DNA of 64,000 nucleotides from Blastocystis sp. Blastoise. Lineage: Eukaryota > Protista > Bigyra: Opalinata. Of this stretch, positions 63,300-64,000 are shown in pieces. Where the stretch lies: positions 868,001 through 932,000 of the forward strand of contig JBBPEB010000028.1 of assembly GCA_039096225.1 (NCBI GenBank), written 5' to 3'. Positions within the stretch are counted from its first letter, which is position 1; the number at the start of each line of letters is the position of its first letter. The notes under the pieces were generated by a model, which saw only the letters and a program-made list of their open reading frames with translations, was not told where the DNA came from and did not search any database. The translations under genes were made by a program, and so were the position numbers.

Positions 63300-64000
63300 T
63301 TTTTAAGGAGTTTTTAATTTTGATTATTTCAAATATATAGTGATTTTGGGTAATATAACCGTAATTATTTACACTTCTCTTCTCATTTTAACGTAAGCTT
63401 CTTAAGCAAATATAATATAACTGTTTAATGATTTATTTATTATTGATTATTATCCAATTTTAAAATAATGATTAGCCAATAGAAACCTTTACAAATAATA
63501 ATAATAATCTAGCCTTACATAGTATCTAATTAGAAAGCAATAAAAGAAAAAAAAAGTCCACCAAAAAACATACAATAACAAGGCGGCAAAATCTAACTTT
63601 ACCACGATTTTCTGAATATTCTGCCTTCAAAAATATATATAGAGAAATAATATATATGTTTGTTAAAAAATACTAAAATAATACTATTAACTAATAGTAT
63701 TTGTAAAACTCATACAAATGAAAAAAAAAAATATAGTTAAAGGTACTTAATACATATTTAATAAATTTTAGTTCATTGATCATTCCCATTATGCACATAA
63801 TAAGAAAACAACACCTAATAGTAAATCCCAAAAAATGAAAAGTATAGACAAAATGTGAAAATTTAATCCAGAAAAATTAGAATTAAAAAAAGAGAGAATC
63901 AATCATAATGAAGAAGTCAAACATCGAAAGAAGAAAATGATTTCTCATAATACAAGAAATCCACTAAAAGATAATATTACCGTACCAATCTCCATAGATG

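Overview
Very AT-rich, gene-dense, intron-rich nuclear DNA of a microbial eukaryote using the standard code. A Blastocystis-like stramenopile is my tentative inference, from short introns, a U12 AT-AC intron and complex I/import-motor subunits. I spliced the genes by hand and can support about 29 protein-coding genes, mostly housekeeping: Rpn13-like, GET3, ERMP1-like, CSTF2, ketopantoate reductase, WTAP, TTC14, TFIIA-gamma, RBMX2, Aurora, MTR3-like, PAT1, WDR55, TANGO6, LLPH-like, NDUFB4, Tim17-family, RDM1, PDK1, LIG1, CWC15, PAM16, gamma-SNAP, CutC. One intron hosts an H/ACA snoRNA. The most notable signals are in the splicing and DNA architecture. (1) Most introns are bracketed by self-complementary (TA)n tracts, some are purely GT(AT)nAG, and at least four introns in conserved proteins can only be spliced in frame at AT-AG, GT-AT or GT-AA ends. 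(2) There is a textbook U12 AT-AC intron and a tandem 2x20-nt double mini-intron. (3) A GC-rich palindromic word, (ATTC)CCGCGG(GAAT), recurs far above chance inside exons in different reading frames. CDS coordinates are start-to-stop spans including introns. Product names come from motif recognition, not database searches.
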